Positions 1 through 4,970 of a DNA stretch of 8,956 nt are shown one piece after another; position 1 is the stretch's first letter; every line of letters begins with the position of its first letter. The notes beneath the pieces were generated by a model. The model was not told where the DNA came from and searched no databases. It saw only the letters and a program-made list of their open reading frames with translations. The position numbers and the translations under genes were made by a program. Source of the DNA: Verrucomicrobiota bacterium (lineage in GTDB: Bacteria; Verrucomicrobiota; Verrucomicrobiia; Chthoniobacterales; UBA6821); the NCBI GenBank assembly GCA_008932965.1, contig WBXG01000066.1, forward strand, positions 1 to 8,956, given 5' to 3'.

Positions 1-149
1 GTGGAAAGCTCATCATTACTGCGTTGGTCTCGAATTGTGATTTGGGCAGTATGAAACATACAGCCCGGCATCCCAATCCTTCGCCCGCCTTGTACTAATA
101 AGCTTTGCACGGCGCCTCATGACGATTCAGTATGAAATATCCGGGCTAA
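1..149 (+). repeat. Palindromic MITE-like repeat, copy 0. About 40 nt of the left end lies outside the window.
   Basis: Positions 1..149 align with the other copies. The inner left arm CTGCGTTGGTCTCGAATTGTG matches 4511..4530. The apex GGGCAGTATGAAACATACAGCC (45..66) matches 4809..4830. The right arm GCGCCTC..GACGA..CAGTATGAAATATCCGGG is followed by CTAA (146..149). Confidence 0.85.
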
Positions 150-179
150 AATATTTAATAGATCGCAAAATATTTTAGC
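145..179. repeat. Perfect 12-bp inverted repeat GCTAAAATATTT (145..156) / AAATATTTTAGC (168..179) with an 11-nt spacer. Function unknown.
   Basis: Read directly from the sequence. It starts at the last base of the copy-0 terminal repeat, includes the CTAA boundary, and lies about 70 nt upstream of the CDS at 247. Confidence 0.5.
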
Positions 180-246
180 TCCAAGAAAATAGAAGACTCG
201 AAATCATCTCTAAAAACCCTCCACTCCTCAATCCCTAATCTTTACT

Positions 247-1557
247 ATGATCAACTTGATTTGGCTTGGATTACTCCTTGGGGGCCTTGTCACAGGCCTC
301 TTCACAGGACATCTTGAGGCTGTTACGGCAGCAAGCTTTGATGCGTGTAAGGCAGCCATCATGACAATTGCCCTCCCGCTGAGCGGTATCATGGCTCTCT
401 GGCTTGGACTGATGCGACTTGCTGAAAAATCAGGGTTGCTTGAAAAACTAGCTTTTCTTTTAAGACCTCTCTTAGTTCGTCTTTTTCCAGAAATTCCAGC
501 AGATCACCCAGCAATGGGATCCATGCTCATGAATATTGCAGCAAACATGCTCGGTCTTGCAAATGCTGCAACACCGCTTGGATTAAGGGCCATGCAAGAT
601 CTACAATCACTGAACCCAAATCCTTCCATAGCCAGTAATGCGATGTGCACATTTTTAGCAATTAATACGAGCTCTGTGCAGCTGATTCCTGCCACAGCAA
701 TCGGTATTCTCGCAGCTGCTGGAGCCCTGCATCCAAGTGCTATTATTGGAACAACACTGGTAGCAACGGCATCCTCCTGTTTTGCTGGAATCACTGCTGC
801 TAAGCTGCTTCAAGGCTTGCCCTTTTTTGTCCTGCCTCCTAGGCCGGTTATTCCTCCTGCTACGGTTATCACATGCTCCACTCAGCAAGAAGAGATAAGC
901 ACCTCCTCCTTGTGTCCATTATCATGGGAAAAAAAGAGTGTGCTGATTCTCTTTGTTGCTTTATTTGCCTATGGCTTTGTGACCCTTTTTAACAAAGGCT
1001 CTGCAGAAATAACCTCTCCCTTTCTTCAAGTAATGACAGTTTTTTCCATGATGGCGATTCCATTTTTACTCGGTTTTTTTCCGCTCTACGCCTTTTTAAA
1101 AGGGGTTCCGGTGTATGAAGAGTTTATAGAAGGAGCCAAAGAAGGGTTTCAAGTGGCACTGAGAATCTTTCCCTACCTTGTGGCTATTCTTGTCGCCATT
1201 GGCGTTTTCCGAGCTGCGGGTGGGATCGATTTTTTAAGTTATCTTTTATCTCCATTGCTTGATAAAATCGGGCTGCCCTCACAATTGCTTCCACTCATCC
1301 TAGTGCGTCCCTTGAGTGGAAGTGCTGCTACGGGACTCTTTGCAGAGATTGTGAAAACGGCCGGACCAAATAGTTTCGTGAGTCAATTAGCAGGAACCAT
1401 TCTAGGAAGTACCGAAACAACATTTTATGTGTTAGCTGTTTATTTTGGTTCCGTGGCGATCAAAAAAAGTCGACACGCTCTTGCAGCAGGGCTGATAGCT
1501 GATACTGCTGGGGTTGCTTCTGCACTCCTGATCTGTCATCTACTATTGAAAGCTTGA
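247..1557 (+). CDS. Nucleoside-recognition (Gate) domain membrane protein, a fused SpmA/SpmB-like protein
   Basis: 436-aa ORF, polytopic and hydrophobic. The N-terminal half has the SpmA-type pattern (GIMALWLGLMRLAEKSGL, FPEIPADHPAMGSMLMNIAANMLGLANAATPLGL). The C-terminal half has the SpmB-type pattern (LVRPLSGSAATG, GSTETTFYVLAVYFG). Confidence 0.85.
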   Translation: MINLIWLGLLLGGLVTGLFTGHLEAVTAASFDACKAAIMTIALPLSGIMALWLGLMRLAEKSGLLEKLAFLLRPLLVRLFPEIPADHPAMGSMLMNIAANMLGLANAATPLGLRAMQDLQSLNPNPSIASNAMCTFLAINTSSVQLIPATAIGILAAAGALHPSAIIGTTLVATASSCFAGITAAKLLQGLPFFVLPPRPVIPPATVITCSTQQEEISTSSLCPLSWEKKSVLILFVALFAYGFVTLFNKGSAEITSPFLQVMTVFSMMAIPFLLGFFPLYAFLKGVPVYEEFIEGAKEGFQVALRIFPYLVAILVAIGVFRAAGGIDFLSYLLSPLLDKIGLPSQLLPLILVRPLSGSAATGLFAEIVKTAGPNSFVSQLAGTILGSTETTFYVLAVYFGSVAIKKSRHALAAGLIADTAGVASALLICHLLLKA

Positions 1558-1588
1558 GGTTTTGGGGGGAAGGAAATAGGCTCACAAA

Positions 1589-1951
1589 GTGTTTCAAGTT
1601 ATTTTTAATCCTATTAGTGCTGCAGAAATGAGTGCTCTTCCCAAAGATCTGCAGCTTGATTTGCTCTCAGAATTTCAGGTCTTGCCAGAGGATCTTCAAC
1701 ATCTCGGAGGTGAACAATTTGGTACGATTCATCGTGATGGAAGAACACTTCATCGCTATCGCTGCCTCGATTACCGAATCTATTTTGAGTCACATGCTCA
1801 AGGAATTGTTGTTCATCGTGTGCTTCATAAAAATACAATTCGTGATTTTCTTTTTCGCTCTGAACTTCCTATGAGCGAAGATGAACAGGTGGCCGATGCT
1901 GGAGCTTTTTGGAAACTCATTGATGAGGCAGATGCTTCAAAAACGTTATAA
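1589..1951 (+). CDS. RelE/ParE-superfamily toxin-like small protein with an acidic C-terminal extension
   Basis: 120-aa ORF with a GTG start. AGGA lies 14 nt upstream, so the ribosome-binding site is weak. The layout fits the RelE/ParE pattern: an N-terminal strand (FQVIFNP), LPKDLQ..LL, then HRYRCLDYRIYFES..GIVVHRVLHKNTIRDF, comparable to the family motif R.GDYR.IY....L.VL.V.HR..VY. An alternative ATG start is at 1628. Confidence 0.5.
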   Translation: MFQVIFNPISAAEMSALPKDLQLDLLSEFQVLPEDLQHLGGEQFGTIHRDGRTLHRYRCLDYRIYFESHAQGIVVHRVLHKNTIRDFLFRSELPMSEDEQVADAGAFWKLIDEADASKTL

Positions 1952-1954
1952 AAA

Positions 1955-2030
1955 ATGAACATACAGGCTCCCCTGAGGTATAACAGGCTTTGTACGGCCT
2001 CTCTTTTCACCTCGTTATAAAATATTTAAT
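1955..2030 (+). repeat. Degenerate remnant of the MITE-like repeat (apex plus right arm, terminal repeat eroded)
   Basis: ATGAACATACAGGC (1955..1968) resembles the apex ATGAAACATACAGCC. GCTTTGTACGGC..CTC (1987..2001) resembles GCTTTGCACGGCGCCTC of copy 0 (102..118). The flank ATAAAATATTTAATA (2016..2030) resembles CTAAAATATTTAATA (146..160). Confidence 0.4.
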
Positions 2031-2046
2031 AACCTTTGCTAAAATC

Positions 2047-3162
2047 ATGCATTCAAAAGTTTCTGATTTGCCGACCGAACACAATGATCCTATCAATGCT
2101 GCTATTCTTTCTATTTCTGAGGATAAGATTATTGGATTTCAAAAAGATCCTTTTTTCGTAGTCGCAGAACAATCAGGCATTCCTCTTGAAGTCGTTCTAG
2201 AGCGAATCAAAGCGATGTTACAGGCAGGAACGATTCGACGGATTCGTCAAACACTCGTTGCCAATAATCTAGCAGATGGAGCACTTGTTGCATGGCGTGT
2301 CCCTGAGGAAAAGCTGGAGGCCACTTTTGATTTTTTATTTCAAGAAGATCCTTTCTCAGGTCATGTTGTTATTCGTTCCACAGATGCTAACATTCCCGGA
2401 GCAAAATACCGTCTCTGGACCACGCTCAAAGTCCCAGCAGGGTTTTCCTTGGCAGAGCATTGTGAGCTACTTCTTCAAAAAACAGGAGCGACATCTTTTC
2501 TTCTGCTTCCTGCTAAAGGGATTTTTACACTTGGGGTGGGGCATGTGCGTCGCAAAAAATGTGAACCTGGAGATCTCTCTCCTGAGCCTGCTTCGATGAT
2601 GACCCCAGCAGTAGTTCACCTTTCGCAGCAGGAGTGGAAAATTCTTACGGTATTAAAAAAGGAATTTACCCCAGAAGAAATCACTTCCTTCCCGTGGCGC
2701 TCGCGAGCTCAGGAAGCAGGAGTGACAGAAGAAGAATTTTATGCAGCAGCCCATTCATTTGAGGAGAGAAAGCTTCTTGGGAGGTTCTCCACTTTTTTAG
2801 AACATGTGAAACCCTCATTGTCAGGAGTTCGAGTCACACGTTTTAATGGGCTTTTTCATTGGGCCGTTCCGCCTGGTATGGAGGTGAAGGCAGGAGCTGA
2901 AATTGGACGGCACGACATCCTCACTCATTGTTACTGGCGTGAAGGAGGTCCTGATTTTTATAATGTCAATATCATGGGTGTTGCTCATGGAACCGATCGT
3001 GCTCGACTTTATGAACACAAGGCTGCAATCGATCGGCACCTCGCAGAATGTAATATTCCATTGCTCTATACCAATGTTTTTTGGGGAGGAAGAAGCGAAA
3101 TTAAACCCTCAGAAATTTCCCCTGAAATATATCAGCAATGGAGAGAGAAGATGAAGGGATAG
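2047..3162 (+). CDS. Tandem AsnC/Lrp-fold protein, a fused NirD/NirL (AhbA/AhbB)-like siroheme decarboxylase homolog
   Basis: The ORF track starts at TTG 1990, but that extension runs through a repeat remnant, so ATG 2047 (MHSKVSDLP) is preferred. Two homologous halves each show the family pattern. The first half has VLERIKAMLQAGTIRRIRQ..GALVAWRVPEEKLEA...SGHVVIRS...YRLWTTL...LPAKGIF. The second half has ...GRFSTFL...NGLFHWAVP...LTHCYWRE...YNVNIMGVAHG. Confidence 0.55.
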   Translation: MHSKVSDLPTEHNDPINAAILSISEDKIIGFQKDPFFVVAEQSGIPLEVVLERIKAMLQAGTIRRIRQTLVANNLADGALVAWRVPEEKLEATFDFLFQEDPFSGHVVIRSTDANIPGAKYRLWTTLKVPAGFSLAEHCELLLQKTGATSFLLLPAKGIFTLGVGHVRRKKCEPGDLSPEPASMMTPAVVHLSQQEWKILTVLKKEFTPEEITSFPWRSRAQEAGVTEEEFYAAAHSFEERKLLGRFSTFLEHVKPSLSGVRVTRFNGLFHWAVPPGMEVKAGAEIGRHDILTHCYWREGGPDFYNVNIMGVAHGTDRARLYEHKAAIDRHLAECNIPLLYTNVFWGGRSEIKPSEISPEIYQQWREKMKG

Positions 3163-3186
3163 TGGTGCTTGTTTCGAGTATTCAGG

Positions 3187-3370
3187 TTAATCCGAATAGT
3201 GCATACCAATCTACTACGGAATCCGGGAAGTCAGATGGATGCTGCGTTGATCTCGAAGTCTTCCTCGGGCAGTAGGGACACATACAGCCCTGCATCAAAA
3301 TGCTCGCCTGCCTTACCCCATCAGCTTTCGCGGCCTCCTCGTCACGATCAGTATGAAACATCCGAGTTAA
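3187..3370 (+). repeat. Palindromic MITE-like repeat, copy 1, with a degenerate left terminus and a mosaic body
   Basis: TTAA at 3187..3190 and 3367..3370. The period to copy 2 is exactly 180 bp. Positions 3281..3370 match 3461..3550 at 89 of 90 positions. Confidence 0.9.
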
Positions 3371-3550
3371 CCCGGATATTTCATACTGATCTACTACGGA
3401 AGCCGGGAAGTCAGATGGATGCTGCGTTAGACTCACATTTTGATTTGGGCAGTATGTGCACATACAGCCCTGCATCAAAATGCTCGCCTGCCTTACCCCA
3501 TCAGCTTTCGCGGCCTCCTCGTCACGATCAGTATGAAACATCCGGGTTAA
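3367..3550 (+). repeat. Palindromic MITE-like repeat, copy 2, the best-preserved canonical unit
   Basis: The unit is TTAA-CCCGGATATTTCATACTGATC ... GATCAGTATGAAACATCCGGG-TTAA. The terminal inverted repeat matches at 20 of 21 positions. The dyad centre is GTATGTGCACATAC at 3452..3465. Confidence 0.92.
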
Positions 3551-3601
3551 GTTCAAAACACGATTCCTTACTCTTGTTTTTTGAAAAGTTAATATTTTTT
3601 G

Positions 3602-3943
3602 ATGCCTTTAAAAAATTTTAAAACTCGTTCACCTGGTCTATCAGATCCGATTTTTTTATTTACTTTAAGAGTATTATTTTTCGTGGCTGGGGCTCTCGTG
3701 CTTGCGAGTGCTTGGGTTCTAGTTCCACAATGGATGAGTAGTAGTGTGAATCATCTGGCTCCAGGAGCAAAACCTCAGAGATCTGTTCTGGGTCTCTTCA
3801 AGCCTGGTCTGAGTGGAACTATCCATCATGAAAAAATGAAGGAAGAGATGGTATTGCCTTCTGATTCATTAAAAAAAGCTAAGGATTTACAATCTACTCC
3901 TTCCTCACAAAAGGTCTTAAACGAAAAAGAGACAAAATTCTAA
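3602..3943 (+). CDS. Hypothetical small membrane-anchored protein (one N-terminal TM helix, Lys/Ser-rich tail)
   Basis: The ORF track start at 3599 is TTG and is immediately followed by ATG at 3602. The TM segment is IFLFTLRVLFFVAGALVLASAWVLV. I do not recognise a family. Confidence 0.5.
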   Translation: MPLKNFKTRSPGLSDPIFLFTLRVLFFVAGALVLASAWVLVPQWMSSSVNHLAPGAKPQRSVLGLFKPGLSGTIHHEKMKEEMVLPSDSLKKAKDLQSTPSSQKVLNEKETKF

Positions 3944-3953
3944 AACGGTTTCT

Positions 3954-4376
3954 ATGGGGTTAGAGGAGGGGGTTCAAGCAGGAGAGAGTCTTGCTATTAT
4001 TAGCGTTCAACACATTCCAGGAGCAGAGGGAGAGCAGATTTTAAAAATTGCTATTAAATCACAATCCCATGAGGTCATTTCTGTTTCCGAGGTGAAGGTG
4101 CAAGTCTACTTCTATGATCAAATTGCTGGGGAGGTCGTTGCAAGCAAATCACCAGTAACCTCCCAGTGGCTCAATGCAGCTGTTGATTGGAAAAATGGAG
4201 AGCCACAGCTTCTTCAAGTGACCTACCAACCTAGTAACAACAATCCTGATGCGCGCTACCTTGGATACATTGTTGCTGTTTATTATAAAGGAGAGCTGCA
4301 ATCCTATCGTGCTGATCCCCCTGCCATCACAACTTATTTTCCAATTAAGGTTTACATTGGGAGAAATGAATTTTAA
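3954..4376 (+). CDS. Hypothetical beta-rich protein with no recognisable family
   Basis: 140-aa ORF starting 10 nt after the preceding stop. Alternating hydrophobic patterns typical of beta strands are present (KVQVYFYD, LLQVTY, LGYIVAVYYKGEL, FPIKVYIG). Composition resembles the neighbouring genes. Confidence 0.6.
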   Translation: MGLEEGVQAGESLAIISVQHIPGAEGEQILKIAIKSQSHEVISVSEVKVQVYFYDQIAGEVVASKSPVTSQWLNAAVDWKNGEPQLLQVTYQPSNNNPDARYLGYIVAVYYKGELQSYRADPPAITTYFPIKVYIGRNEF

Positions 4377-4451
4377 CCGGAGCCTGCTCCACATAGGATC
4401 AGAATGGTAGGGGTGATGACATCAGGATTTTTTAAATCATTTTTCAAATAG

Positions 4452-4732
4452 CTAACCCGGATATTTCATACTAAAAATATTACAACTTGTGAAAAATTCT
4501 ATGACTCCTGTGTTGGTTTTGAATTGTGGTATGGATGGTAGGGACTCCTACAGCCGTATATCAAAATACATGTCTGTGTTGACTCACTCGCTCCCGCTCG
4601 TCTCGCCCTTTCAGGGCTGCCTAAAAGAAGTAGAAGTCTCTGGCAGTCCCCCCGCGGTCTCCCGACCTCCGGTGGTGCCCCATCAGCCTTCGCGGCGCCT
4701 CGCGACGAACCAGTATGAAATATCCGGGTTAA
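4452..4732 (+). repeat. Palindromic MITE-like repeat, copy 3, expanded to 277 bp per unit and probably rearranged or composite
   Basis: CTAA-CCCGGATATTTCATACT at 4452. The right end is CAGTATGAAATATCCGGG-TTAA (4711..4732). About 97 extra nt lie in the right arm (about 4569..4675). Confidence 0.85.
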
Positions 4733-4912
4733 CCCGCATATTTCATAATGATTCTGCTGCGGCTTGCGAACACCTGATGGATACTGCGTCAGCTTCGAAT
4801 TGCTCCTCGGGCAGTATGAAACATACAGCCGTCGTCGCAATCCATCACCTTCCTTGTCTGCATCAGGATTCGCGGCGCCTCGCAACGAACCAGTATGAAA
4901 TATGCGGGTTAA
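4729..4912 (+). repeat. Palindromic MITE-like repeat, copy 4, a canonical 180-bp unit
   Basis: The unit is TTAA-CCCGCATATTTCATAATG ... CAGTATGAAATATGCGGG-TTAA. The spacing from TTAA to TTAA is 180 bp (4729 to 4909). The apex is GGGCAGTATGAAACATACAGCC at 4809..4830. Confidence 0.92.
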
Positions 4913-4970
4913 GTTAAAAGTGCATCTATTTGTGAAATTTGTTAATATCATCCTGTTATTCTTTTGACGT

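Noticed and set aside
1825-2010. 61-aa ORF on the - strand as a candidate antitoxin for the RelE/ParE-like gene
   Set aside because: It is antisense to the 3' end of the toxin-like gene, runs into the repeat remnant, and has a low-complexity sequence with no antitoxin-like features.
1990-2046. TTG 1990 start for the decarboxylase-like gene
   Set aside because: The extension (MYGLSFHLVIKYLITFAKI) is translated from the repeat remnant and its AT-rich flank. ATG 2047 gives a sensible N-terminus.
3187-3550. Possible CRISPR array or other short tandem array
   Set aside because: There are only two directly abutting 180-bp units with no spacers. Each unit is internally palindromic over its full length. 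No cas genes are present.
3169-3621. Long ORFs on both strands over the first repeat pair (3169..3621 +, 3182..3556 -)
   Set aside because: The two ORFs overlap each other completely and consist of repeat units translated in the stop-free phase. They have no convincing ribosome-binding site, and their start and stop positions are set by the flanking sequence. I treat them as a by-product of the repeat, although the stop-free property itself is reported as a finding.
4379-4390. GGAGC-CT-GCTCC hairpin after the 3954..4376 gene as a possible terminator
   Set aside because: The stem is 5 bp, the loop is only 2 nt, and no U-tract follows.
4489-4951. Long ORFs on both strands over the second repeat pair (4489..4917 +, 4499..4951 -)
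   Set aside because: The reasoning is the same as for the first pair. The peptide blocks (QYEISGLTRIFH) simply mirror the terminal repeats.
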